A DNA stretch of 64,000 nucleotides from Takakia lepidozioides. Lineage: Eukaryota > Plantae > Bryophyta. Shown here in pieces: positions 1 to 13,353 of the stretch (position 1 is the stretch's first letter; every line of letters starts with the position of its first letter). The position numbers and the translations under genes were made by a program. The notes beneath the pieces are model-generated. The model worked only from the letters and a program-made list of their open reading frames with translations. It made no database searches and had not been told where the DNA came from. Location of the stretch: the NCBI GenBank assembly GCA_030704615.1, contig CM060733.1, positions 16,554,001 through 16,618,000 of the forward strand, in the 5' to 3' direction.

Positions 1-403
1 CTCTAAAAAAAAACAAAAGAGTAAAGTAAAATGGAATGGGTGAAGTTTCTTTAATGTCCAGTGAATTTACAGAGCCTACTGCTCAGTGACACACAGCCCA
101 TGTGAAGCGAAGGACAAGTCAAAACTCAGGTCCTGGACGTTGAACGAGTGTGGTTCCAGTTCATGAGACAGGTTAAAGTGACACTAACTCTGTGACTAAG
201 TAAAGTTAGAGTAGTGAGTGAGTGAGGATACGTACGTAGTGCAATATGTATATATGTATGTTGTGGATATTGTACGTGTACGTAGTACGTACCGTGTGCA
301 GGTGAGTGCTGAGCTGACCAGTCCTGTGTGGCTGTATCCTGACGAGCTCGGTTGAGAAGATCACGATTTGTTCAAACAGAATTCTCCCACGTTTTCTCTA
401 GAG

Positions 404-2116
404 ATGGGGAGTCCGCAATCGGGAGTCCCTGCATTGAGGGGAAATGCACAGGGCCCATCTTCAGCTGTGGAGACGGATGTCGACGGATTTGAGGTATTGG
501 ATTTGATCAACTTTCAGATGGAGACGGTATCAGGATCGGAAATGAGTGGACGATTTGTGGTCTGCCCAACCGCATCTCAGGTGGGTCCGTGCTTCTATTG
601 GTCTAGTGTATAGCCACAGTTTAGTTTTTTCGTTCATCCCTATTTCTCCTCACACCTGTAGGAATGAGCAGTGGTTCGAGATTTTACTTGATCGAGTATG
701 AATGATAGTTGAGTATTGGACTGGATTGGAGAATGAACTGCGGTTATCAGAGAGCAAGCCTGGCATTCGCTCTGTCATGACGACGATAGAGTTACAAGTT
801 AGTAATTTGAAAGAGCAGGATAGACTGGCCATGACTCACAAGTCTTGCTGCCTCTCTGCATTCCCGTTGGGTCTCAAGGACCTGCAACGCAAAAGTTTTT
901 AGTGAATTAGTGACACACGATAGGAGCTACCTGAATTATAATGGAGACAGCCACTTTTCAAAGAAGTGCCCTTATCTGCTAAAATTCCCATTTTGGAGCT
1001 TCGTGGAGCTCTTCTCGTGGAGAGCACAGATGGTTATATGTTTCTATATAGGCCATTTGGTTCCTTCCCAAGATTGGTGAACTGAAGTGTGTCATAGCAT
1101 ACTACTTACAGCTGTGTTGGGGGTGTCCCCTTTGCAACATCATTTCCTGATTGACCAAAAAGGTAAAGGGCGTGTAAACGTAGCTTTACCTTGATTGCTG
1201 AAGCATCTTTTGCATGTGTGTCTGTATGTGTCTCCTATTTTTCTGACTGTCACTGTTGACTGTTGTGCTAACATTGCCATGCAGCCTTTCAAAGTACTAC
1301 ATGGGGGCATCACAGCATACATATCTGAGACCTTGGCCAGCATGGGAGCCCAGATTGCTTCTGGGTGGGCAAGAATAGCAGGCATAGAACTGAATGTTAA
1401 CCACTTGCGAGCGGCACCTATGGGAGTTGAGGTCTTTGTCAAGGCAGCACCCCTCATGGTGGGGAAGAGGATTCAGGTATTTCAGTTTTCCATTAGCTTG
1501 AGGCGAAAACAGAACAATTGCCAAGATAGTTGGCTGTCAAATCAAAGCTTGTCGAATTTGCACGCAGAAAGTAAGCATGTATGAAGCTTCATTTTGCTAT
1601 GCATAAACCTGCCAGTGTCTATCACAATGAGATTAAAAAGGCACAGTTTTCAGACCGGTAAAGTGTACATGAGATGTGTGTATCAAGGAATGACTTAGAA
1701 TTTATCTTTCTAGATAACACCTTGGTGGAAGACCAGGAAAATTGGTCGACATTTTTAGTCTTCTCAACCCTGGAATACAGTAGCTAGTTATGACCCTCTG
1801 AAAGCATTAGAGTCACACGTTCATGCTCATTAAAGCTACTAGTGCCTTAAGCTCCTAGCTCCTTGACTTGACACGAACTCTTCTGGAGTACAAAGTTATT
1901 TCGTATGTGTCAGTTTTCAATTGATGAATGTGTTGGGCTTTCTTGGTTCAGGTGTGGGAGGTAAAGTTTTCAAGTACAGGGTTAAGGGAAGATGCAACCT
2001 CCAGAGAAGCATCTGAATCTGTCCCTATAGCAGTTTCCCGGGTCACTCTTATTGTGGGATTGCCTGAAAAGAACAAGGCTGCAATGTCAAAGTTACAGAC
2101 CATGTCGAAGTTGTGA
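404..2116 (+). CDS. DHNAT: 1,4-dihydroxy-2-naphthoyl-CoA thioesterase (hotdog-fold PaaI family), peroxisomal
   Basis: Three GT-AG exons: 404-580, 1285-1476, 1952-2116. Hotdog motif QPFKVLHGG...E..ASMGA...GIELNVNHL; C-terminal SKL* is a PTS1 signal. Confidence 0.88.
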
Positions 2117-2909
2117 AATCCTATCTTCTCTTCAGCCCATATTGTATCCATTCTAGAAAAATTGGTTGTCAGAGGGCCTTACAATTGGATACATTATGGG
2201 ATGTGCACAGATTATGGGCTGAACAATTTGTAGTGCTTGTTGGAAAGGTCAATCGAGAGTGGTATGTGCTGTGGGCTTGAGATAACATAGATATAACAAG
2301 ATTGACCCTGGTAAGTGGCAAAATCTGTGTTCACCTCAATATGACTAGGTTGCATATACAAGGTCATCTGATAACCACAGACATGACAGTTTGAGTGCTG
2401 GTAACACTTCGTAGCAATGCTTGGACACCGTTTGCTCATTGCCTGCTGTAGTGGACTTCCAGTGATCAGATTTGGTGGTATCTAGATAAATTTCCCGACA
2501 GATTAATCTCGTCACAAAATTACAAAATCAAATTATGTACGACACTATTTAACTTTGGAATCAATTTTGCCTAGATGCAATAGGTGGCAATTACAATCTG
2601 TGGGATGTGGCTGACTGGTGAGTCTGTGTGTGTTGAATTTGACCCATGGTGCCCCTGCTTCATTTAATAGCACTCATTTACCGGTCGTGCATGCTAACCT
2701 GTGGAACAAGATAACCATGATCTTGGTTTTGGTAAGATTGACTTGCAGCCCATAGTCTTTGGAGAACTATTCCAGGATGTGGAGCCCCACCTGAACTGTA
2801 CACCAGTGACAAAAACAGCCACCCTTTCTTTGCTTGAGAGCTATGATGTTTTCTCCCAACCACATCCTACAGGAAATCACGGCTTTCCCTATGGTTATCC
2901 GTCACTACG

Positions 2910-5900
2910 CTAATGACTGCCATTCATCTCAGGAGGCCTGGGGATGTTTTGCCACCCTGCAATTGTCGCAATTTTCTTCATCAGCGAATCATCAGCCGGC
3001 TCAAGTGTCCATGTGGGATAGAAATTTTCAGCTCGGAAAACTTGATCTGGATTTTGAGCATGCCCTTGAGCACCCTTCAAAAAGATATCTCCCTCCGAAC
3101 GAATGCTGCCTGATGCTTCATAATCTCTATCTCCAGCCTGCATTTTGCGATGTGCAATTCAGATTCCGAAGCTACAACACCTCTGCGTAACAAACATCTC
3201 TCTCTCTCTCAAGTATAGTTTTACCTTTATCCACTTGTCCGTCCTCATGTTTTCTCCACTAATCAGATGAACAGACAACATGGAATCCTTTGGCTAAAAG
3301 ACAAATATCCCTGGAAATTTGGGATCGGGCTTTTAAAAGCTTCAATGATTGTAACTTTAGTCCTCTCTCAGTTCTGAGGGCTCCTACCACATGCTACCTT
3401 GACTTCATTTAAAGACTTGAAATAGTGGCTCTTTAATGTGCATGATCTCTTCACTTGTACCTTTCCATGAAGGTCTGGGATAAGAAAAGCAATTCAGACT
3501 GCGTTAAGCAGCACAAGGCTGCCCTGCAAGTGGTCGTGGGTTCAAAGCCACATAGGTGTATTGTTGGATGGTACCCATTGAAGCCAACCCCACTATAAAC
3601 AGGGGGCCCTTGGTCAACCGGTTAACTTAAGTGTGGATATTTGGGGACTTTCAAGTAATTGGGGGAGGTTTGCGCAACCACGCTTCCCTAATTATGGCCG
3701 TAAGTAACACCTTAAGTTACACCTGCTTCTACAGGAGTCTCTTCCTCCTCTCTCCTCTTTGGTCTGCATGCCTTAAGGAAGGAAGGCTCTCTCAAATGGA
3801 TGGGTGAAATAGATTAACAGCCATGGCCTCTTCGTCAAACAGCAATCAGGTAGATGGCATGAACTGACATGCTATTCCTCACTACGACTCCCGTATGTGG
3901 TTTTGGATGGGATCATCTTTGGCATGATAGGTAGGAGTGGTTGCTGTCTAATGACTTTCTTCTCTTGCAAATGAGGTTAGGTTGCTTGACATGAAGTTTG
4001 GAAACCGCATGACCGGTATTCTTTGAATATGCTGGCTGATTTTTCTATGCTATGGTGTTAATATCTATCATAGCTCTAAAACACATGTGCTCAACAGCTT
4101 TGGCTTTTGCTCTCTCCACCTACGCCCAGACTAGGCAAGCTAATAGTTTAATAAAAGACGGCAAAGTATGATGGGGCTTCTCTTAAGCAGATGATATCAT
4201 TAAACATCTTGACTGATTTTGTGTGAATCAATCATGTCTTGTCTTGACATGACAAGAGTAATCCCTCTCTCTCTATATATATATCAACTCAGTATTTAGC
4301 AAATGGCCCAGTGGTTAGGGCACAAGGCCACCTTACAAGTGGTTGTGGGTTCAAAGGCACAGGTATATGCTAGATGTCACCCATCATAGCCAACCCAACT
4401 ATAGAAGGGGGGTTAGCTAATGTGTGAGTACCTGGGGATTTCAAGCCCTCGGGGAAGGTTTGGGCAACCACGTTGCCCCCGATTACGGCCCTTAGAAGGT
4501 GTCCACCTTCCAAAGGCAGTAACCCTTCGGGTTAATAGTAACACTGTAAGTTACCCTGCTTCGGCAGGAGTCTAGTCTTCCTCAGCCTGAAGACAACATC
4601 CATTTTTCGATACAATGTCCAGGGTATTCTCATCAGAGAACAACTCTTGTCAGGTACATCAAGAACATAGTCCCTGCACCTCTGTCCACCAACTCTCAAA
4701 ATCTTGAACCTGAGCCTAAAGCCCTAGCTGGGAGACCACACACAGCAGACTGATGCTTCTGTGAACGGCTTTCTAGAGGAAATCTGGAAAGCCTGAACAG
4801 ATTGTCTATATCCCGGTAAGTCCCACTACTCAAGTGAGCCCCCTATAAAATTAGTCTCCGTTCCATTTTGTTCCCCCCAAACTGGACGTCGGATCTATGG
4901 CCACAAGGCTACAGCAAAGGTCTTACAAGTACATTATCCCTCTCAAGGCATTTGGTTGATGTAATAAAATTTCTTCCTTCTTCCTTCTTTCTTGCAGTGC
5001 AATCAGTCACAAATCGCTGGAAGGTAGAATAACAGTCTTGGAATTCACACCATGTTCTCTAGCAAATGTTAATAGCAGTCCTTCAACACAACACTCAACT
5101 CCCCTATCACCTGATTTTCATTGCTGGTGTGCAAAAGGGCTAATGCGCTTTGGGCACCCTGATTTTTTGTTTTTTAGAAGAGCCCATACTAACAATATTT
5201 TCAAATATGCTTGACCTTACGCAATTTGAAAACCATGCATATGCAGGTAAACACTGCCTTACGGCAAGTGAGGATGATATGAGGGTTCCGGTGGCAAATG
5301 GGGGCCATGAGATTGTACATACCTTCTCAATGTAGTATTCAAAGGCCTTATTCTGATTGCCTGCTTCATAGATACAGCTCTGTGACAGAATCTGTTGAAA
5401 GACCACACACCCAACCCAACCTGGTCATAACCTGTTTGCCAATGATCTACAAAGAACCTACACATAAGTTTTGCACTCCAATACTCTAAATAAACTTTTG
5501 AAGCAGTGCAAGCATCTAGCAGCAGGAACTGCTAAATGGATCCCAATGGACAACTAGTTACAATTGACCTACCAAGCTACTCCATATTACAAGGTCAAGG
5601 GGTGAGGTACCTGAGCTTCGACGCTGGCGCACACAGCATAGATGCCCCACTTTCTGGTGTAGTTGTTGTACAGATGCACTTTTCCAAAGCGCAAGCGAGG
5701 GTGACGTTGCCTGGTACCATCAAAGAAGCAGTGGTGGATAGTGACCCGGATGCAGCGGTCTTCCACGTGTTTGGGGTCAGCTCCAATCAGCATGGTCTTA
5801 TCATGCTTTTGAAAGTGACATCTGTGCTCCATCCCCAAGCCCGCCTATGAAATTAGCCAGAGACGTACTCAAAATTAGGAGAAAAGGAATTTTCAATGAA

Positions 5901-7824
5901 AACAGGCTATTGGCCCCTGATTCTGACAGCATCCAATTCATGCTTCTTGGGCCTTCCTCAAGAATCTCCATCTTAAGGTGGAGGGGTACATCTGTGGAGA
6001 ATTTACGGAGGTTTCTGGTCGTACTGCACAGTATGGTAATAATTGGCAGTATTAACAAGCTCTATTAGGTCATACCAAGCATAAAGAATGGCCACAAGGC
6101 TACGGCAAACAACGTCTTATGAGTACAATCTATTAGGTCATACCAAGCATAAAGAAAATCTGTTGATAAACAGTTTGAGTTTTTCCGGAGTGATTGGTCA
6201 TTCCAGTCTTTCACTTACCTAGGTACTATGGTGTATTTAAAGAAGACACATCACTGCATACCATCCCCTATTTCCAGCCACAATTTGGAAAAAAGTGCCC
6301 ATGCCTCTTTTGACTTTCAGATTCCTATTTCCATAAAATTTAAACATAAAATCACCGTGTTCAGTTCTATACAGTGAATATTTAATGAATCCTTCTATGT
6401 ACCGTTGGAGAGGTGTGTTCCAAGGTAATACTAGTCTTTCCAGAAGACTTTAGGGTGGCAGCAGTATCCTGAAATGGGCGGTCATTCAGTCCTGACTCAA
6501 ACGCCTAGTTCATCCAAAAGGCCATGACCAACCAACTGCTGGTCCAAAGATGCATACGACAAGGCTAGAGCAGCAATCCTCACCTGGACACAGTAACATC
6601 AGTGGATTGCCGTGTAATGTCAATGCATCCATCGTCGAAATCCGATATTGAGCAACGGTCAACCCATACATGTTTGGTGTGAGGTTTCATCTGAACTCCA
6701 TCCACATCATGGCCCCGGCCACCTTCCAGCACCAGATTGCAAATGATCACATGTTCACACTCCTTGAGCTGCAAACCTTTCCCTGTAATCTTCACTCTCT
6801 GTCCGCGCCCGTCTATGGTTTTGTAAGATGAGACACGACAGTATGTTGATAGAGATATGGTGCCAGATACCTCAAAGATGATCCAAAGAGGTTGCTTTCT
6901 TCGGCATCCTTCCCGTAGCGTACCGGGCCCATCATCTACTCCACAAGGCAACCAACTCATCATGTACTTCTCGGACAGCTTGGCATGAAACCTGACAAAT
7001 TTGCAGTTAGTAATTCTGGTTATAATCAACCCACACTGATTATCAGCTAAAATTTGCCTTTGCCTACATGATTGAGCAAAGAAATAGCATGTCGCCATCA
7101 AACACATCAACACACTTTTAGGTCAGCATCCATACAGTAATACACAGCTTAAGAGAATCAGGAATTCTGGTAAAGCATTTATGCCACGGATAATCTTGAC
7201 TGCATATCAATGCAGAATGAACTGAAAGAAGGTATATTACCTCAGGAAATACACACGCACAGAAGATGGGCTTAAATGGCAACTACAGAACAAGACTACA
7301 TGCCACAGAGAGGAAGGCACACAGGAGGAAGGAAACCCGAGTCAATCCAATTCGTGAAAGCAATTCAACTTCACACGAGCTGTACACAGTTCTCATACTT
7401 AACAACCAATCAAATCAACACTCAGTCAGTTGACAATTTTCCTGAACACGTTCTCTTACCACCGATTGATCCACTATTGTATGCAGCATATTAACAGTAG
7501 TTAAATCTTAACTTCACTACTAACAGATCCGGTGTGAATGTAAGGCAGCGAAGAGCATAGGAAAAGCGAAGAAGAACGGAAATCCACGATAAGAGAGGTT
7601 CTGCATCTACCAGCAAGAGAGGTGACAGAGTAGAGATCTCCATGAAGGCCCCCAATGGCAGAATGACCAAATCCTTCTGCACTGCCTGCCAACGCACGCA
7701 GATGAGCATCCGCATTCGCATAAGGTCCCACTGCCATGGACGCTGGCCCCGCCTGCGACTGCTGAGACTGCATTGGGAACGCAGGAGGAGGCCGACGACG
7801 TTGAAGCCCACAACATCCACACAT
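2910..7824 (-). CDS. Pectate lyase (PL1) family protein without an obvious signal peptide
   Basis: Exons 7824-7611, 6935-6584, 5821-5611, 5391-5323, 3137-2910, all GT-AG and in phase. Motifs AEGFG, DDGPGTLR, KTIDGRG, VWVDRCS, DDGCIDI, RQRHPRLRFG. Confidence 0.92.
3505..3755 (+). mobile_element. tRNA-derived SINE copy (degenerate) in pectate lyase intron
   Basis: Collinear with 4299-4582. B-box-like GGTTCAAAGC; 3' end AAGTTACACCTGCTTCTACAGGAGTC followed by a CT-rich tail. Confidence 0.65.
4299..4582 (+). mobile_element. tRNA-derived SINE with structured LINE-like 3' tail
   Basis: A-box TGGCCCAGTGG, B-box-like GGTTCAAAGGC. Hairpins AACCC-TTCG-GGTT, GTAAC/GTTAC and CCTGC-TTCG-GCAGG. Related copies at 3505, 39503 and 39835(-). 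Confidence 0.72.
4590..4935 (+). mobile_element. 3' fragment of RTE/RTEX-like LINE
   Basis: Aligns by eye with the reverse complement of about 50134-50330 (CACACAGCAG..TGATGCTT..GGTAAGTC..CTATGG.CA.AAGGC.ACAG). Confidence 0.7.
6061..6156 (+). mobile_element. 40-bp LINE 3'-end micro-insertion with 28-bp target-site duplication
   Basis: TCTATTAGGTCATACCAAGCATAAAGAA at 6061-6088 and 6129-6156 flanks TGGCCACAAGGCTACGGCAAACAACGTCTTATGAGTACAA, which matches the LINE termini at about 4898-4934 and 50134-50170. Confidence 0.85.
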
Positions 7825-8924
7825 ACTCTCTCTCTCTCTCTCGGGCTGCTCTGGCCTGTGGGTCAATCCTTTACAAGGCTCTGGCTGCCTGGAATTACAA
7901 GCCCCTGTGTGGTGCGAGGCAATTGCAGCAGCAAGGGACCCATCTCTGCAATCAAGCATCCAGCAAAGCTGCTGACAACTCTCCCGCAACGTGGCCAGCT
8001 CTGCTCTCTCGCCTCTCCTTCGTCGACTGTTCGTTCGTTGCGCCTCAACGACTGTGCACGATGCTTCCACTCCTCGTCCCTCTAAGTTACCTACATGAAC
8101 GAATACATCCTCTGTCCAGGAACCCAAGACGCCTCTTGTAAGAACTAAGAACCTCATTCGCAAGTGCTGATGAAACATGAAACCCCTGATTTCTCACATC
8201 TACTACTGGGCACTAGTAACAGACTTTTATATGTATTGAAGACAACACTGAAGGATTGTGAGAAGAAGTCCTGCCAGAGCTGTTTTCTGCTCATTGCTTG
8301 ACCAGAGTGTGCGAACTACAGGATGATGAGAATTTTTGGCAACTTTCGTTTGTTTAACTCTTGATTGTGTTAAAAGAATGTTCCACTCCACATACACATT
8401 GCAATCGTTCTTTCGGATCATCTTGGGCGAGATGTCATGGAAAATTCTTAGGAAAGATAAAGAATGGACTGTACATTTGAGAATCCTCGAAGTAGTTCTC
8501 TACTCCGGCTACATCAGTGGCTCGAAGCTTCCAGGGAATTGCAGCAAGCACGAAGCTGTTGACGTGAAGTTTGAGCTAGTGTCTGAATCCCTGTCACTTG
8601 CTGAAGTTCCTCTCCGTTGACAGAGCTCGTTTACAGTACATGGCTGTCTGAAGTGCTCACCACATATGTACACATTCACCACCGGTGTGCAACATGCATG
8701 TGGATGGTGGAGTCGCTGAAGAGCCCAAAAAGGATCTAGCCACAAAAGGAAGTAACTATATAAAGGAGGTCCCGAACCCATGCTACTCAGCTATCACGCT
8801 AAAAGAGCACTACTACATAGTCTAGAAGGTCATGCAGCCTTACAGCCGGTAACATTTACAAGTCCTCAACATACTAAAGCTACATAAAGGCATGCTAACA
8901 TTCCAGAAACATTACAGCCATACA

Positions 8925-11609
8925 CTATTCTGACTTCCCCATCTGTTCATTTCGGCTTGTTAATGGGACGTAACGGACGGATGTGGCAGACCATTCTTTC
9001 AAAGTTCCATCCATGTTTTTATCTATCACCTTGAGCTCTTGAAAGATATCCCCAACTGGGATTACCATGCGGCCCCCGGGTCTCAATTGATCAACGAGGG
9101 CTTTTGGAATTTTTGCAGCAGCGGCTCCCACGTGAATAGCATCATATGGTGCAGCCTGTGGGTACCCTTCTCTCCCATCTGCATATTACAAGCAAGAATA
9201 CAGAACTTTAAAAGATGCCACTTGGTGGTTCATGTATCTAACAGTGAAGGGGAGTAGTGGATCAATGTATTAAGCATTAAATGTTTCTCTAGACAGAACT
9301 ATTAGTGAGAAGTCAGAACAAATTTAAGAAACACGCAAAAACACATCCCTTCTCACTGAACATTGGGAACCCTTCATGGATAGTGGAAGTCATTAGGAGA
9401 TGAGTGAGTCTACACTACTTTCCATTCACTATCTCAACTACACAAATGACACCACCTTTCTTGGAACTCTGGAGCTTTGGACAAACCATACTGTTCCCTA
9501 AATCCAAATAAAAGAATGCCATATATGAGGAGAAGATGGGCTATGGGACATGGGCAATTCATTCAACCAGCACAGCATGTAGATGGATTGGAAAAGCATT
9601 TGACACTGTATGCCTATGCAGGATAGTGTACTTCTGTGAGCCTCAAAACACTCAAGACCTGTCTGTAGTTCTGACAGCCAATTCAATAGAAGGGGTTGTT
9701 CTCTGGCCAAAAATTCACAGCTGACATACTTAGAGATCCAACTGCAATTAATGTAAGTTGATCCATTTAGACAGACTGATGGGACACATATCACGAGTAG
9801 ATCTGCAATTTGCATGAAAGCCGCATGAGAAAAGTTTGAACTGGATGCTTTACTACTGTGACATGCAAAATTGCCAAATTGGTTGCAAGTTCACAAACCT
9901 CCAGTCACCAAGGAAAGAGTGCTAGATGCCAGCAGATAGCTAGCTCCGCTTTTCTTCACATTCTCAATAGCCTGCTGTGTGAGCTCAGGTATGTGTTCAA
10001 TGCCAACAACGCAGCCTTCTTCCCCCACCAGCATTGCAAATGCTGTTGTCAAATACCCTGTGCCTGTATTCCAGACCCATGACCTTCAATACAAGGCATT
10101 GTACATCCACATCAACATGGAGCAGATTTGGCATTCTCAAGTACTAATCCCTAATTAGACACCAACGATCTTATGCGTTAAAGCCCTGGGCTGTGTAAGG
10201 TGGCAGAGCAATGATCAAAACTAATGCCATCTACTGAAGAGCCTTGGACCGCATCATACCAACCTTGGTTTCTGCAATAAAATGAGAAAACCTATTTGAC
10301 GTTCATGGCAAGTATGGCAAGGCAACCAAACCCTGATGAGTACTCAATTCTGGAAATAAAAACCCTCCTACAAATGGATGTCTCTGCTCACCTGAACCTA
10401 CATCAAGAGCATGCATTCCAGGCTGTAAATGTGCTGAGAGCAGTTCCAGGCATGCAGCATGCATGTGGGGGGCAGATATGGTGGCATTAAAGCCAATTGG
10501 CATTGGGCTATCTACATATGGGAGCTCATTGCGCGGCACAAAGTGGCCTCGGTCCACTTGATGCATGACATCAGAAACTCTCTTGGACTTTATGGACCCA
10601 TTCTGCTGCAAGCTCTCTATCAGGCCCTTGTTGTCATGTGTCCGGCCTCTCCAAAAGTACTGCTCAAATCCCACACATACCCATGTAAATCTCTGCACCA
10701 ACGATCCGTCACATATGAAGAAGCTCACAGAAAACAAATTACTTTCTGTTGCTGAGAGAAAATAAAAAAATGCTGAGAAAGAACGAACCATACAATCGCT
10801 GCAGAGGCAGACACTCAAACACCAGAGCCGTACATCATCAAACTGGAGAAGACCTCAGGTATCATGATGGTATTAATTCTCCAATCCTAATTCTAAATCG
10901 GTATTATCATGATAGTACTAATTCTAAATCAGACTGACCTATTTATGGATTAGTAGGCTCTATGCACAAACAGGAGCACTTTACTCAAGGCCCTTGCAAC
11001 ATACAGGAAAACAAGCCTACACCATATCTGCTCCTGCAAGTGGAATTTGAAGCAAATAACCAGAGATAATGCACCACCGTGGCAGCATGCAAGCGGTTCC
11101 AATCCCATTTGATGCCTGGAAATAAGAGTGACTTTGTTTTCCCCTGCTACTATCTGGATTAAAACTAACCAATAATAAAAGTGTGAAGTGGACATCCTCG
11201 CCTTCATAACCAAATGTCGAGAATACCAATAGCTGGACCTCAGAATATTCCACGCAGAACATGAAGACATCAGACTCATCCCAATAACTGGGCCACACCT
11301 TTAGAAAGAGAGGCCCATGCAATTAATCTCTCAAGAATCACAACGGACATCTGCATTAAAGGGAAATGCACGCATGCGATGAACAGATGCTTCAGGAAAA
11401 GGTAGGGTATCCACAGATCGTTCCCGAACGGAATTCGACTGAGACTGGGACGCATACAAATCACCGCAAATTACAAAAGGACCAACGAAAAGCAAAGACC
11501 ACGCAGAGAAAAAGAGAGATCAAACAACAAACGACTGAATGGAGAAAATTACAGATACACACAGAGGGCTGATCAACGATCCAGACACACACATGGGACA
11601 AACCTCCAT
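8925..11609 (-). CDS. PIMT: Protein-L-isoaspartate O-methyltransferase
   Basis: Exons 11609-11604 (ME; least certain), about 10659-10392, 10063-9899, 9178-8925. Motifs TISAPHMHA, LDVGSGTGY, APYDAIHVGAAA, LRPGGRMVIPVG, VRYVPLT. Confidence 0.93.
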
Positions 11610-12057
11610 CTTACGGAACAGGCTAGCCCGGAGAGGAGGCAAGTTCGCGAGACGCAAAGGGGTTGCAGGCTGTAATCGCGACGGGTGGCAGACTGTGCCG
11701 GCGCAACGGGCCCATATGCCAGCCAGCGGTGCAACCAGAGAGGCCAGAGCTCACCCCGCTCACCTACAAAGCCAACAGATCTCACATTGAGGAAGAAAAG
11801 AAGAGAGGGACGACACCGGCCTTCTCCAAAGCTCAAAATCCCAAATTCACACAGCGATCCGTTCACATCCTACCAGATCAAGGAAGAACGATGACGCAAG
11901 GTTACAATCACTAATTCCTTCTATCTACCGCCTCAAATCACATGTAATCGTCTGATAGCCCACGGCTAGAACGATCAGCTACAAGACAAGACATCCCATG
12001 AACAATCCCGGGCGATTCCCTTCCATGCACCTCAGTGGACTTACCCTGGCAGACCTG

Positions 12058-12120
12058 CCACGCGTCAAAACCTCTTGAGATATAACACGTGGTAACCCTC
12101 CATGTCATACGCCACGTGGA
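12058..12120. promoter_or_regulatory. ABRE/G-box cluster upstream of PIMT
   Basis: CACGTG at 12086 and 12113 (ACGTGG context) plus ACGCGT at 12060, about 450-510 bp upstream of the PIMT ATG in the divergent PIMT/RabA intergenic region. Function is inferred. Confidence 0.4.
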
Positions 12121-12174
12121 TCCAAGACGAGAGAATAGAGAGAAGAGAGAGAGAGAGAGAGAGAATGAGCAATG

Positions 12175-12507
12175 GCCGCCTCCAATCCAGTCTGGAGAGT
12201 CTGAGCACACACCTGCATTCTCTTGGGTTGCCTTTCATCGTTATGTGCAAACATAATCTGTACAAGGTGCAAGTGATCCAACTTCTTTTGCCATCCCAAA
12301 GTTAGCAATCCTTAGTATGCAATCCTGCGAGCTCTCAAGATTGAGCGATGCCGCCTCCAATCCAGTCTGGAGAGTATGGGAACGCACCTGCATTCTCTTG
12401 GCTTGCCCTTTCATCGTCATGTGCAAACATAATCTGTACAAGGTGCAAGTGATCCAACTTCTTTTGCCATCCCAAAGTTAGCAATCCTTATGCCAATCCT
12501 GCGAGCG
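12175..12507. repeat. 175-bp tandem duplication carrying a MAK/MHK-type kinase fragment
   Basis: Near-identical units start at 12175 and 12350. Minus strand reads RIANFGMAKEVGSLAPCTDYVCT, compare IADFGLARE...PYTDYVST. Confidence 0.75.
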
Positions 12508-13353
12508 GGATTCCTAAGTTTCGGAGTCCTCCGAAATGCTCCTTGCTTCAACTTTGCAGTTGTACTCGTGCCTTCTCTCTTACATTTGCAAATGTGGGGA
12601 AGGCGATTTGGCTTGCATGGATTCAGCATCCTCCACCTGCGCAGGTTGCTTGTAGCATCAATGCAGAGGGTGCGGGCGTCAAAGAAGGGCGGGACTGTTA
12701 TGTCACGATCTTTATGTAAGTAGCGCACGTTGTCAGTGTGTTTTATGTTTTATCGTTCGATGTATTGTGAGAGACGATCTCAGCCGTAGAGTGTGAAAGA
12801 TGGGGCCTCTGCGGGAATGAAATGGAAAGCAACCTAATATTGAAAGCTTTTGGTGTGGGGCCTTGGGCCCGCGATCCAAGGCTCCATTGTCCCCGATCAC
12901 TGGCTTCGTGCTGGAGTCCTGTGACAGTTAGTCTTGAGGATTCTGTGGTAATATAATAGCACATTGTGCATCTCGACATTGTGCATCTCATCAACGAAGC
13001 AGGCTGTTTTCATAATCTGGTGTATGTAGGAGGAAGCGAGTTCGGTGTTTGTTGGAAGCTTCGCGTTTTGTAAGTGCTTGTCTGTCTATTTCTGGAAGTT
13101 GCAACTTGAAGAATAAAGGAAGGGTGGGGGGGAGGGGGAGCACAAATCTGTGACTTCTTCTCCGGTAGTAGGTAAGCTCACTTTCGCAGTCATTTGAGAG
13201 CAGTCGACATATCCAGAAGCAGGCATTGTTTCCGATCGGGTCGCTCACAGCGAGAGGCTGTGCACAATCGTGGTAAAGGACTGAGGAGATTCTCCTCAGC
13301 AGGTGGTATTGCATATCGAGGACGGTGCTGATTACATCGTTAATCGTGGTGTA

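Noticed and set aside
4311-4560. Pistol or twister ribozyme in the SINE (GTGGTTAGGGC, TAACACTG)
   Set aside because: Only short motifs match and the remaining conserved core and pseudoknot partners are not at proper spacing; a tRNA-derived head explains the first motif.
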